Shown here piece by piece: positions 47,815-58,248 of a stretch of DNA of 64,000 nt. The notes under the pieces are model-generated. The model saw nothing but the letters and a program-made list of their open reading frames with translations. It made no database searches and was not told where the DNA came from. The DNA comes from Leptospiraceae bacterium (GTDB lineage Bacteria; Spirochaetota; Leptospiria; Leptospirales; Leptonemataceae), in the NCBI GenBank assembly GCA_040217195.1, contig JAVJNR010000005.1:64001-128000 (forward strand), written 5' to 3'. Positions within the stretch are counted from its first letter, which is position 1. Every line of letters begins with the position of its first letter. A program made the position numbers and the translations under genes.

Positions 47815-48612
47815 ATGAAAAAAATCCCTGCAGGATTCCTCATCCTATTCCTTTTGCCTATTTCTCTCCATGCAGAAAAGACCAGACAGCCAGAAGGAGT
47901 GGGAATCGATCAAAAGCTTTCCTCACCCATCGCTCTGGACACCAGGTTCTACAATGAAGAGGGCAAACAGGTGGAACTGTCTTCATTCTTTGATAGCGAC
48001 CGAAGACCTGTAATCATCGCACCTGCCTTTTTCGAGTGTGCAATGCTCTGCACGGCAGTATTTGATGGTATTAGTCGGGTTATGACTCAGTTAGCAGATA
48101 AAGGTCTGAAAGCCGGAGAGGACTACAGGGTACTGTCGGTAAGTTTTGACCCGGAAGATACACCCGCCATGGCCAGAAACAAAGGGAATTTGTATCGATC
48201 TACAGTCAAAAACCAGAAAGTGGGACCGGAAGGATGGCATTTCCTTACCGGAACCCAGGACAACATCAAACCGTTAATGGATTCCATGGGTTATCGCTAT
48301 AAGCCGGATGGGAAGGTGCGGTACAGTCATCCGGCAGCTATCATGCTCATCACACCGGCCGGTGAAATGTCCCGATATCTATTTGGCATTGAATTTGATC
48401 CCACAGATTTAAGATTATCGCTCGTAGAAGCTTCCAGTGGAAAGATCGGAACCCTCACAGATGCATTCCTACTCACCTGTTTCCGTTTCGATCCACAAAA
48501 AGGAAAGTATACTCCATTCGCCATGGGCTTCATGCAGATTGGAGGTCTCCTTATATTCTTTTTCCTCGTTGGGCTCGTACTTTTTCTCTATCTGAGGGAA
48601 AGAAATACTTGA
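47815..48612 (+). CDS. SCO1/SenC copper chaperone
   Basis: CAMLC (CxxxC), VSFDP.DTP, WHFLTG, YSHPA, C-terminal TM; heads the cox operon. Confidence 0.92.
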   Translation: MKKIPAGFLILFLLPISLHAEKTRQPEGVGIDQKLSSPIALDTRFYNEEGKQVELSSFFDSDRRPVIIAPAFFECAMLCTAVFDGISRVMTQLADKGLKAGEDYRVLSVSFDPEDTPAMARNKGNLYRSTVKNQKVGPEGWHFLTGTQDNIKPLMDSMGYRYKPDGKVRYSHPAAIMLITPAGEMSRYLFGIEFDPTDLRLSLVEASSGKIGTLTDAFLLTCFRFDPQKGKYTPFAMGFMQIGGLLIFFFLVGLVLFLYLRERNT

Positions 48613-48656
48613 GCCAATGATTTGAGACAGAATCCTGGAGAAAAAGGTAGGGAAAG

Positions 48657-49727
48657 ATGCTCGAGTGGTTTTTAGATAACGGTTCCAATCATGCTCCGAA
48701 TACGAACTTCGCCATGGACCTGGTGAACTTAATAGTTGTTATCTCATTTGTTCTTACGAACGCAGCTTTAGTTTACTTTATTATCCGCTATCGTCGTCGC
48801 GGACCGAACGATGTTACCTCCAGAAAAGCAAATTCGCATACCATCGAAGTAATCTGGACTACCATTCCCTCAATCGTATTTCTAATTCTGTATATCATTG
48901 GCATTCAAGGATTCATGGCCCTCCGCGCCGTAGCCCCGGATGCTCGAGAGATCAATGTATGGGGCAAGCAATGGGCCTGGGAATTCCAGTATCCGGCCAG
49001 TCTCCGTGAAGATCAAAGCAAGAAGAGTCCTCTAAAAAGCTACAACAAGCTTTACCTGGAAGCCAATAAGCCAGTGAAGCTAATCATGAAATCTCAGGAT
49101 GTGATTCATAGCTTTTCGGTACCTGCCTTTCGAGTCAAAGAGGATGTGGTAGGTCATATCTACACATATGTAACATTTACTCCGCTGATCAGCCCTCGTC
49201 AGAAAGCCATGACTGCAGAAGAACGGAATGAACGCAGTGCCCTGGCTCCAGGACAGGAAGATAAGATCCCTCAAATGGCGGATGAATGCGTAAACTACGA
49301 GCCCGGCCAATGCGCGGCTTACAATGTTTATTGCACTGAATACTGTGGAAACGATCACAGCTATATGCTGGCCAAAGCAGTTGTCCTTACTCCGGAGCTG
49401 TTTCAGAAAAAGATGGGAGAGCTGGAAGAAGCTTCCAACAATATCACTGCAGAACAGGGGCAGCAACTCTACAACAGCGCTGGATGTAAATCCTGCCACA
49501 GTGTAGATGGCTCCCGACAGGTAGGACCCTCTTTCAAAGGTCTTTTTGGAACCGAACGGGCCTTCGAAGATGGTAGCACAGCTACGGCTGATGAGAACTA
49601 CATCAAGGAATCCATCCTGAATCCGGAAGCAAAGATCCGAGAAGGCTTTGGCAATCTAATGCCGGCCCAGAACCTGAGCGATGAGCAGATTGAATCGATC
49701 ATCCTCTATATGAAGACACTGAAATAA
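48657..49727 (+). CDS. coxB: Cytochrome c oxidase subunit II with fused cytochrome c (caa3-type)
   Basis: Two TM helices, QWAWEFQY, DVIHSF, CuA motif CTEYCGNDHSYM, heme c CKSCH. Confidence 0.95.
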   Translation: MLEWFLDNGSNHAPNTNFAMDLVNLIVVISFVLTNAALVYFIIRYRRRGPNDVTSRKANSHTIEVIWTTIPSIVFLILYIIGIQGFMALRAVAPDAREINVWGKQWAWEFQYPASLREDQSKKSPLKSYNKLYLEANKPVKLIMKSQDVIHSFSVPAFRVKEDVVGHIYTYVTFTPLISPRQKAMTAEERNERSALAPGQEDKIPQMADECVNYEPGQCAAYNVYCTEYCGNDHSYMLAKAVVLTPELFQKKMGELEEASNNITAEQGQQLYNSAGCKSCHSVDGSRQVGPSFKGLFGTERAFEDGSTATADENYIKESILNPEAKIREGFGNLMPAQNLSDEQIESIILYMKTLK

Positions 49728-49832
49728 TACCGATTTGGGGAATTGATCTACCAAGCATCGTTCTTCGAACAAAAAATTGAACCGAGATCCAGCCCAGGTT
49801 GGATTTCAGTTAGAGTAGGAAAAGGAAAGAAT

Positions 49833-51467
49833 ATGGGACACGCAGCGGATGCAACACCCTACCTGCAGGTAGGAAGAACTTTCTGGGGTTGGGCAACCAC
49901 CACCGACCACAAGAAAATTGGAATCATGTTCCTGTTTACCATTATGACGTTCTTCGCAGTAGCGGGAGTGTCAGCTTTGCTGGTAAGACTGGAACTAATC
50001 GCTCCGGGACCTACGTTTTTTACTCCGCATACCTACAATGTGCTCTTTACCCTTCATGGCGCTGTGATGACCTTTTTATTCATTGTGCCGGGAATCCCTT
50101 CTACCATCGGTAACTTCATACTTCCGCTGCTTATCGGTGCCAAGGATGTGGCTTTCCCCAGACTGAACCTGGCTTCTTTCTATGTTTATCTAATCGGAGC
50201 CATCGTGGCTCTGATCTCTCTTCTAAGCCCGGCAGATACAGGCTGGACTTTCTACGCTCCCTACTCCATGCGAATCAATAACCTGGTGATTTTTCTCACA
50301 CTGGGTGCATTTATCATGGGATTTTCTTCTATTATGACTGGTTTCAATTTCATTGTTACCATTCATCGTATGCGAGCTCCCAACCTTACCTGGGGCCGAC
50401 TGCCTCTGATGGTCTGGTCCACCTATGCCACGGCCCTGATTCAGGTTCTGGCCACTCCTGTAGTTGGTATGACTCTGGTACTTCTAATTCTGGAAAGAAC
50501 TCTGGATATTGGAATTTTCGACCCGGCCAAAGGCGGGGATCCGATTCTTTTTGAAAACTTCTTCTGGTTCTATTCACATCCAGTTGTTTACATCATGATT
50601 CTGCCTGCTTTCGGTGTAATCGGTGAGATTCTGCCGGTGTTTTCTCGACGCCCAATCTTCGGTTATAAGGCAATTGCCTATTCTTCCCTGGCCATTGCTC
50701 TGGTATCATTCATTGTTTGGGGACACCACCTTCTAGTTTCCGGGATGTCCGACTGGTCTCGATGGGTGTTTTCCTTCCTTACCTTCTTTGTTGCAGTTCC
50801 TACGGCCATTAAGGTCTTTAACTGGATTGCAACTCTATGGAAAGGCTCGGTGGATTATAAAGCGGCTCCTATGTATTATGCACTGAGCTTTGTATTCATG
50901 TTCACCATCGCGGGATTGACAGGGATTCACCTGGCGGTCCTGAACACAGACGTTCTACTGCACGATGGCTACTTCGTAGTGGCTCACTTCCATTATACCA
51001 TGCAGGGCGGAACTGTGGTAGCGCTGATGGCAGCCCTGCATTACTGGTTTCCCAAGATCACAGGCCGAATGTATAATAAGCCCTGGGCTTTCATTGGCTG
51101 GCTTACTTTATTCTTTGGCTTCAACCTGACCTTCTTGCCGCAGTTCGTTCTGGGTCTGGAGGGTATGCCCCGTCGCTATTTTGACTATATGCCCATCTAC
51201 CATTCCTGGCATCTCATTTCTACGGTGGGATCCTGGTTCAATGGTGGTGCCTATGTTATCATTCTTGTTAACCTGCTAGTATGTGCCTGGAAAGGCGAAA
51301 AGGCAAGCGCCAATCCCTGGGATTCGCATTCCCTGGAATGGCATACTAGCTCGCCGCCTCCTACAACCAACTTCATAGAGATCCCCACATTCCCGGACGA
51401 TGTCTATGATTATGGAACGGAAGGAAGACCCGCTCAGCAGCCAGCTGCAGAGAAAGAGGTAGGTTAA
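49833..51467 (+). CDS. coxA: Cytochrome c oxidase subunit I, A2 type
   Basis: TDHKKIG, LHG, WFYSHPVVY (YS signature of type A2), WGHH, HD...AHFHY, GMPRRY; ATG 49833. Confidence 0.98.
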   Translation: MGHAADATPYLQVGRTFWGWATTTDHKKIGIMFLFTIMTFFAVAGVSALLVRLELIAPGPTFFTPHTYNVLFTLHGAVMTFLFIVPGIPSTIGNFILPLLIGAKDVAFPRLNLASFYVYLIGAIVALISLLSPADTGWTFYAPYSMRINNLVIFLTLGAFIMGFSSIMTGFNFIVTIHRMRAPNLTWGRLPLMVWSTYATALIQVLATPVVGMTLVLLILERTLDIGIFDPAKGGDPILFENFFWFYSHPVVYIMILPAFGVIGEILPVFSRRPIFGYKAIAYSSLAIALVSFIVWGHHLLVSGMSDWSRWVFSFLTFFVAVPTAIKVFNWIATLWKGSVDYKAAPMYYALSFVFMFTIAGLTGIHLAVLNTDVLLHDGYFVVAHFHYTMQGGTVVALMAALHYWFPKITGRMYNKPWAFIGWLTLFFGFNLTFLPQFVLGLEGMPRRYFDYMPIYHSWHLISTVGSWFNGGAYVIILVNLLVCAWKGEKASANPWDSHSLEWHTSSPPPTTNFIEIPTFPDDVYDYGTEGRPAQQPAAEKEVG

Positions 51468-51661
51468 GGGATAGAACTGGTCAGGACTGCACTTTAGCGG
51501 TCCTGACTATGGACCATCTGCCGAGTGCCCTTGCTACAAAGGAAGGTTCAGAAAGCTCGGATAGTCCATTGATCTTCGGGTCATCAAGAAATATAGCCAC
51601 TGGCTCTGGGAAAGATAAATGTCAGGCCAGTGATTTTACTATCAGGTAAGGAATTAGAAAC

Positions 51662-52354
51662 ATGTCACAAGCTCATGCTGTAGATCGACACCCTTCCCAT
51701 GAGGAGCTGGGAGGCTACGAAGGCGCCAAACTCGCCATGTGGCTCTTCCTGGCCACGGAATTGCTTCTGTTTGGAGTCTTATTCGCTGGCTTTGCACTCT
51801 TTCATGGAAAGTATGGAACAGAGTTTAAACTGGCCCATATGTCTCTGGACAAAGTCATGGGTGGTATAAATACCCTGATCCTGATTAGCAGTTCCATAAC
51901 TGCGGTGCTGGCACTGGATGCGATTCAGCGAGGCAAACGAACTCGATCTCTGTGGATGCTGGCCTCTACCATAGTTCTGGCCGGCGGCTTTCTTGTAGTA
52001 AAATACTTCGAATATACAGGTAAATTCGCTCATGGCATTTTCCCTGGCGAAGTCGCTCAGATTGTAATCAATCATGATACTCATGAATATGGAGCCATCC
52101 CAAAAATGTGGGAAGGCAATCCGGTAGATCCAAAAGGCATAGTTCTATTCTTCTCTTTCTACTTTGTTATGACCGCTATTCACGGTCTGCACGTTGTAAT
52201 TGGAATGTCCATTATCCTGGGCATCATGATCAAAATGGCCAGAGGTCGCTATTCTCACTGGTATTATACTCCGGTGGAGAACGGTACCCTCTACTGGCAC
52301 CTTGTGGACCTTATCTGGATCTATCTGTTCCCTCTGTTCTACCTGGTGCAATAA
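51662..52354 (+). CDS. coxC: Cytochrome c oxidase subunit III
   Basis: MWLFLATE, NTLILISSS, TAIHGLHV, LYWHLVDLIWIYLFPLFYL. Confidence 0.95.
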   Translation: MSQAHAVDRHPSHEELGGYEGAKLAMWLFLATELLLFGVLFAGFALFHGKYGTEFKLAHMSLDKVMGGINTLILISSSITAVLALDAIQRGKRTRSLWMLASTIVLAGGFLVVKYFEYTGKFAHGIFPGEVAQIVINHDTHEYGAIPKMWEGNPVDPKGIVLFFSFYFVMTAIHGLHVVIGMSIILGIMIKMARGRYSHWYYTPVENGTLYWHLVDLIWIYLFPLFYLVQ

Positions 52355-52401
52355 AGGAACACTGGAAAAGCAACGCACTGATATCATAGGAGATCGAAAT
52401 C

Positions 52402-52779
52402 ATGCATATACCTGATCAAGAAAGCCGCGGACACATATCGCCCACCAGCACATACATATTCGCAGGATTAGCCCTGTACGTTCTGACCATCATCACCGTA
52501 GCTGCTTCCTATTTTGATACCGGAAGCATGCTTGTGAACGTAATGATTGCTATGGCCATTGCTACGCTGAAGGCCTTTGTGGTGCTCTGGTATTTCATGC
52601 ACATGAAGTACGAAGATAAGATTGTCTGGCTGTATGGGATCTGGTATCCAATCATCCTGTTTGCCATTCTAATTGGCTCCATGTTCCTGGATGTATTCAA
52701 TCGTGTAAAGGTTGGTCCAGATGCCCTGAATCAGCCGCAGGCTCAGGAATCTCTGTTGCTTGATAGAGACATCCGCTAA
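52402..52779 (+). CDS. coxD: Cytochrome c oxidase subunit IV (caa3 CtaF-like)
   Basis: LTIITV, IATLKA.VV.WYFMHMKY. Confidence 0.88.
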   Translation: MHIPDQESRGHISPTSTYIFAGLALYVLTIITVAASYFDTGSMLVNVMIAMAIATLKAFVVLWYFMHMKYEDKIVWLYGIWYPIILFAILIGSMFLDVFNRVKVGPDALNQPQAQESLLLDRDIR

Positions 52780-52845
52780 CTGCGATTTTAGTCGCTGAGA
52801 GCAAAGCTAGATAATTGGCCGGCGCAATCGCGCGGTCCGAATACG

Positions 52846-52871
52846 AAGCCGGGAAATTCCCGGCTTTTTTT
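52846..52871 (+). terminator. Rho-independent terminator of the cox operon
   Basis: AAGCCGGG-AAATT-CCCGGCTT followed by a T-tract. Confidence 0.9.
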
Positions 52872-53054
52872 GTTTTTGAGCCACTGAATGAAGCTTTGTT
52901 CCTGAACGCCGCAACCCGGCCTGCTATACAAATAATAATTTTATTGTTTGCGACTGTTCGTATCTTCTGTATCATAGCATCAAGGGCTTTCTGTTGTGGG
53001 GCCCCTGAGCTGCATTCCCCGGCAGTTCAGAACAAATGAATAGGAGAATTCAAT

Positions 53055-53978
53055 ATGACCCTGGATGCATTAATAGTAGGTGGAAGCCATGCCGGATTAA
53101 GCGCGGCCATGGCTCTGGGCAGGCTGCGGCGCAAAGCAGTGGTAATAGATGATGCTCTACCCAGAAACCGTTTTTCCTCCCATGCAAACAATCTTGCAGG
53201 ACTGGATGGAATCGATCCCAATGAATGGAGACTGAAGGCAATCTCAGACCTGGTGCGCTACCCAACCATAGAATTCAAAGCAGACCGAGTTACAAAAATC
53301 CATCCAGAGAATTCAGGCTTTCGCGCTCATCTGGAATCCGGGACCTCCCTGTTTTCTCGCAAGATCATTCTGGCCTGCGGTATCAAAGACATACTACCAG
53401 ATATTCCGGGATTTTCAGAACTCTGGGGCAAAGGAGTCTATCATTGCCCCTATTGCCATGGATTCGAAGTCCAGGATAGAACGCTGGCAGTATTGGGCGA
53501 TGAAGCCTATCTCAAACACATGGTACCCATGCTACCTGGCCTGAGCAACCGGGTAATAGCATTTAGCAATGGAGCCAATGTCAGCTCCGAAACCAGGGAG
53601 ATTTTCCAATCAGCCAGCATTCGCATTTATTCAGAACCAGTGGAGCGCCTGATTCATGACGGGGATGATTTAAGTTCCGTGGCATTGACCGGAGGCCAGG
53701 TAGTCTTAGTGGATGCACTCTTCTACGGAAAGCTGGCCCCCATTACTATGTCTTCAGATCTTCCCAATCAGCTTGGATGCTCCACCGATGAAATGGGTCG
53801 TCTGATTACAAATCCAATGGCAGAGACCAGCGTTTCAGGAGTCTTTGCTGCAGGAGATATTGCCAGCATGCAACAGAGCGTTGCCGGTGCTCTGGCCTCC
53901 GGCCAAATGGCTGGTAGCGGCGCCGTGCATCAATTGCTTCATGAAGATTTTAAGCTTCTAACTGCCGCCGTGCCATGA
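53055..53978 (+). CDS. Thioredoxin reductase-like NAD(P)/FAD oxidoreductase
   Basis: IVGGSHAGLSAA, HCPYCHGFE, GVFAAGD; AGGAG RBS. Confidence 0.9.
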   Translation: MTLDALIVGGSHAGLSAAMALGRLRRKAVVIDDALPRNRFSSHANNLAGLDGIDPNEWRLKAISDLVRYPTIEFKADRVTKIHPENSGFRAHLESGTSLFSRKIILACGIKDILPDIPGFSELWGKGVYHCPYCHGFEVQDRTLAVLGDEAYLKHMVPMLPGLSNRVIAFSNGANVSSETREIFQSASIRIYSEPVERLIHDGDDLSSVALTGGQVVLVDALFYGKLAPITMSSDLPNQLGCSTDEMGRLITNPMAETSVSGVFAAGDIASMQQSVAGALASGQMAGSGAVHQLLHEDFKLLTAAVP

Positions 53979-54113
53979 GTTGCGGCAGCTAGAGCTCCGA
54001 CATCGGCTGCCAGCTCCGTTTCCTGAGCCTTCAGCTTCACCCATGCGTTCCAGAAAAGGCTCCGGACCTCATAACGGATGACAACAGAGTACGGAATTAT
54101 TTCTTTGTAGCAT

Positions 54114-56222
54114 ATGTCTTCTACCGATGCTCGCCCCAATCGACTGGCCCGGGAAAAGAGTCCCTACCTGCTGCAGCATGCATACAATCCAGTGGACTGG
54201 TTTCCCTGGGGGGCGGAAGCCTTCGAAAAAGCCAGATCAGAAGATAAAATGATCTTTTTGTCCATCGGCTACGCCACATGTCACTGGTGCCATGTTATGG
54301 AACGCGAAAGCTTTGAAAATCCGGAGCTGGCAAAGAAACTCAATCAGCAATTCGTACCCATAAAAGTGGATCGGGAAGAGCTACCGGATGTAGATCAAAT
54401 CTACATGAAATCTTTGCAGGCCATGGGACAACAGGGTGGATGGCCATTAAACGTATTTCTAACTCCCGATCTGCGACCTGTAACCGGCGGAACCTACTTC
54501 CCTCCCCAGCCAGCATTTGGGCGGCCCAGCTTTGGCCAGGTGCTGGATACAATCAGCGATGTATGGCAGAACAATCGCGAGAAGATCCTGGAATCAGCCA
54601 CAGCGCTGACAGAGTTTCTTCAGAGCACAAATCGAGCAACGACGGAAGGGGATGTAGAGAACGTGGCTCCCCCTGGAATGATGGTAAGCATCAAGGCAGT
54701 GGATTTGTTTCATCAATCCTTCGATGCCTATCGAGGTGGCTTTTTAACCAACGGTAACAACAAATTTCCGCCAAGTATGGCCATGCTTCTGCTTATACGG
54801 CAATATGATCGTAACCAGGATAAGCGATGCCTGCAGATGGTAGAGACTACCCTTTCGGCCATGAAGCGAGGCGGTATCTATGATCAGATCGGAGGTGGAC
54901 TCTGCCGCTATGCCACAGACCATGACTGGCTGGTACCGCATTTTGAAAAGATGCTCTACGACAACGCTTTATTCATTTCTGCTCTGGTAGAAGCCTATCG
55001 AGTCACCGGAAAACAGCAGTACGCTGACTGGGCCGAAGACTGCATTGAATACATTCGCAGAGATATGACCGATCCATCCGGAGCATTCTACAGTGCTGAA
55101 GATGCGGACTCAGAAGGCGAAGAAGGTAAATTCTATGTCTGGACCGAGCAGGAATTCTTAGAGGTTCTGGAGGAGGCCGGTCTGGAATTAGAGGATCGAA
55201 AAAGAATCCTCAGATACTGGGGTTTAAGCGCCCGGGGCAACTTTGAAGGAAAGAATATTCTGCATGTTCCGGTGCCTCCTGATGAATTTGGTGTGGACGA
55301 TGCATTTTTACAGAAGCTTGCAAAAGCCAGAAAGGCACTTCTATCCCGGCGATCCCGCAGAGAGCGACCCCTCAGAGACGATAAAATCCTCACTTCCTGG
55401 AATGGATTGATGATCTCAGCTCTTTCTCTGGCCGGTAGAATTCTTGGAAAACCGGAATACACGGAGCGCGCAAGAAAGGCCGCTAACTTTGTTCTGACAA
55501 ATTTAACGGAAAACGATGCGCTTTACAGAAGGTATCGAGATGGTGAGAAGAGATACTTTGGCACCCTTTCCGACTATTCATTGTTCGGATGCGGATTACT
55601 GGATCTGTACCGCAGTTGTGGCGAACCCGAGTATTTACTTAAAGCCAATGGTCTGGCACAAAAGATAGTAAAGGATTTCAAACCAGAGCAAGCTGCGGCT
55701 TTCTATGAATCGCCTCCGGAGCAAACGGAACTCCTGGTTCGCCCAATTGAAGGATACGATGGTGTAATTCCCTCCGGAAATTCTGCGGCTACTCGATTAT
55801 TTTTAAGTCTTTCTCTCTATGGCTTTGAACCTGCTGACTATCGAAAATGGGCTACACATATCATGAATCATTTCAAGGGAGCTCTTTTTGAATATCCCCA
55901 GGCCCATCCTTTCATGTGCACCAGTTTATTCTTAATGCATGACCCGGCCGAGGAAATCGCAGTAACAGCCTCCAAAGCCGATGCTGGCTATTCTGCAATG
56001 ATGGATTTTCTATGGAAGAAAAGCCATCCGGATAGAATCTTTGCCTACTTCCCACCAGGCCCTCTGGCAGATTCCAGACTGGATGAGGAGCGAGCCTCGG
56101 AGATCCCATTATTGCAGGGCCGCATAGATGATACCAGTCCTGCACGAGGGTTTATATGTAAGAATCTGGCCTGCGAAGCTCCGGTCACCGATGCACAGCA
56201 ATTTGCTCTGAAGCTAGAATAA
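54114..56222 (+). CDS. YyaL/SSP411 (DUF255) thioredoxin-domain protein
   Basis: [60 protein letters not shown]. Confidence 0.95.
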   Translation: MSSTDARPNRLAREKSPYLLQHAYNPVDWFPWGAEAFEKARSEDKMIFLSIGYATCHWCHVMERESFENPELAKKLNQQFVPIKVDREELPDVDQIYMKSLQAMGQQGGWPLNVFLTPDLRPVTGGTYFPPQPAFGRPSFGQVLDTISDVWQNNREKILESATALTEFLQSTNRATTEGDVENVAPPGMMVSIKAVDLFHQSFDAYRGGFLTNGNNKFPPSMAMLLLIRQYDRNQDKRCLQMVETTLSAMKRGGIYDQIGGGLCRYATDHDWLVPHFEKMLYDNALFISALVEAYRVTGKQQYADWAEDCIEYIRRDMTDPSGAFYSAEDADSEGEEGKFYVWTEQEFLEVLEEAGLELEDRKRILRYWGLSARGNFEGKNILHVPVPPDEFGVDDAFLQKLAKARKALLSRRSRRERPLRDDKILTSWNGLMISALSLAGRILGKPEYTERARKAANFVLTNLTENDALYRRYRDGEKRYFGTLSDYSLFGCGLLDLYRSCGEPEYLLKANGLAQKIVKDFKPEQAAAFYESPPEQTELLVRPIEGYDGVIPSGNSAATRLFLSLSLYGFEPADYRKWATHIMNHFKGALFEYPQAHPFMCTSLFLMHDPAEEIAVTASKADAGYSAMMDFLWKKSHPDRIFAYFPPGPLADSRLDEERASEIPLLQGRIDDTSPARGFICKNLACEAPVTDAQQFALKLE

Positions 56223-56419
56223 AGAACCGATGGATCTGTAGGTCTGTGGGCGGCCAGAATTCAATCTTCGAACTATTCCGGTCCAGAGATTGGTTCTAAA
56301 GCTTCCATATATCCTGTGTCAGACCTGTATCAGAAGGAAAGACAATTTTAAGATGCCCGGTACCCCAGGAGATCAGCGCCACAGGATGGAAAGGAAAAAC
56401 CCATAGCTGACATCCAAAC

Positions 56420-56455
56420 TCGTTCTCTGTAACAATACTTCGCTACAGAGAACGA
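56420..56455. repeat. Perfect 12-bp inverted repeat upstream of the MCP gene
   Basis: TCGTTCTCTGTA-N12-TACAGAGAACGA; TATAAT at 56466-56471. Confidence 0.8.
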
Positions 56456-56525
56456 TGTATCCAGGTATAATATACCATTCTTCTTTTTTGGTTGAATCAT
56501 GGACCTGCTCATCTCATAGAAAGGC

Positions 56526-58226
56526 ATGAGTATTCGAAACCTGTTGCGTTTGAATCTTGGCCTTGTCAGTTTATTGCTGCTTGGAGGGATAGTGTTCTCA
56601 CTGATTGCCCTTTTTTCCGTAAAGACTGATATTCAAAATATTTACGAAATCAGATTCAAGAGCCTGGGTTTTCTGCTGGAGGCCGACCGGGATGCCTACC
56701 AGTCCAATCTTGCTGCTCTTCAGGGAATCATGAATGAAAATTCAGATACCAGTGCTGAAATCATCGAAAATCGAGATCAAGTTAAGCAGAGATTCACAAA
56801 GTTTCTAACTATTTGGAACAGTGTATCCCGGGATGTGCATCCTGCAATCAAGCAATTCGAATCCCATTACCCGGCCTGGAAACAGATCACAGAATCCATC
56901 AGTAATTCCATCGCTGCGGGGAATATAGATAATGCCAGAAACGTATATTCTGGACGTTATCAATCTGAGTTTGGTAGCATGCGCGATGCAATGGATCAGC
57001 TTACAGAAGCTTCCAATGCGAAAGCTACAGAAGAGTATCAAAGTAGCATGGCCGCTCTGCGGACCCTGGTAATTACTCTGGCATCCATACTTGGAATTAC
57101 GATCATCGCCTTGCTGGTCACCTACCCTATGCTCATGCGCGGTATTACAAAACCCCTGGATGAAGCTGTAAATCTTACCAATTCACTGGCTGCAGGCGAT
57201 TTTACTGCAAATGCGGGTACCCCCAGATCCAATGAGTTTGGCCAGATGATTCGTTCTCAGGCTGAAATGGTCCAGCGACTGAATGAAATACTTCGCAGCG
57301 TGCAGGACGGATCGGCCTCTCTTGCTTCCACGGCCGAGGAAATGGCTTCCGGCTCCACTCAGTTTTCCGAAACCGCTCAGTCCACTGCCGGTGCCACCGA
57401 AGAGATTTCCGCCACTTCAGAAGAACTTTCAGCAGGAATGGACAATGTGGCGGATCTGGCATCGCAGCAAACCAGCGGAACGAATTCCCTGGTAACTGAG
57501 ATGGAGGGACTGGAATCGGAGATTCAAGAAATGAATTCCGTGTTGTCCAGAAATAGAGAACTGCTAATAACAATGGGGCAATCCGGCGAGGCCGGTCAGA
57601 AATCCATGACAAGAATGAATGAATCCATGCGAAGAATTCAGGATAGCTCGGCCCAGGTGATTCGCATCATTGAAGTAATTACAGGCATTTCGGAGCAGGT
57701 GAATTTGCTTTCTTTGAATGCTGCTATCGAAGCTGCTCGGGCCGGTGAGGCCGGCCGGGGATTTGCAGTAGTAGCGGATCAGGTGGCAGCCCTGGCAGAA
57801 AAGACCAGCCACAGTATTAAGGAAATAACCGGACTATTGCAGCAAAGCGATGCAGAGGTACAGACAGGGATTAAGGAGGTTTCGGAAGCCACCAATGTAG
57901 TGGGCGGTATCCTTACCGGTGTGCAGGATGTGGAAAAAATGGTAAAACGGTTTGATCAATTAATGAGTAGCCAGCTTGAATCAGCCAGTCGAGTGAAACA
58001 ATCCTCTCATGGTCTTCAGGGGCAGGCAAGAGACATTCTCAGTTCCATGGATCAGCAGCGCTCTGCCATCAATGAAATCGTATCCTCCGTTTCGCACATT
58101 GCTGAGTCCGCTTCCACTGTAAGCACTGGAGCAGAAGAAATTGCCCGTGGATCCCAGGAAATAGCCAGACTGGCAGATGAGCTAAACTCCGGAGCCTCAT
58201 ATTTCAAGATTCAAAGAGCCAGTTGA
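56526..58226 (+). CDS. Methyl-accepting chemotaxis protein (4HB-type sensor, HAMP)
   Basis: Two TM helices, HAMP, hairpin tip QVNLLSLNAAIEAARAGEAGRGFAVVA. Confidence 0.96.
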   Translation: MSIRNLLRLNLGLVSLLLLGGIVFSLIALFSVKTDIQNIYEIRFKSLGFLLEADRDAYQSNLAALQGIMNENSDTSAEIIENRDQVKQRFTKFLTIWNSVSRDVHPAIKQFESHYPAWKQITESISNSIAAGNIDNARNVYSGRYQSEFGSMRDAMDQLTEASNAKATEEYQSSMAALRTLVITLASILGITIIALLVTYPMLMRGITKPLDEAVNLTNSLAAGDFTANAGTPRSNEFGQMIRSQAEMVQRLNEILRSVQDGSASLASTAEEMASGSTQFSETAQSTAGATEEISATSEELSAGMDNVADLASQQTSGTNSLVTEMEGLESEIQEMNSVLSRNRELLITMGQSGEAGQKSMTRMNESMRRIQDSSAQVIRIIEVITGISEQVNLLSLNAAIEAARAGEAGRGFAVVADQVAALAEKTSHSIKEITGLLQQSDAEVQTGIKEVSEATNVVGGILTGVQDVEKMVKRFDQLMSSQLESASRVKQSSHGLQGQARDILSSMDQQRSAINEIVSSVSHIAESASTVSTGAEEIARGSQEIARLADELNSGASYFKIQRAS

Positions 58227-58248
58227 TGATTTCGCGGCTATTCTCCGG

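Noticed and set aside
56222..56420. Possible c-di-GMP-I riboswitch upstream of the MCP gene
   Set aside because: Only a loose GGAAAAAC resemblance; the GNRA loop/receptor and GCAAA-P3 architecture are not present.
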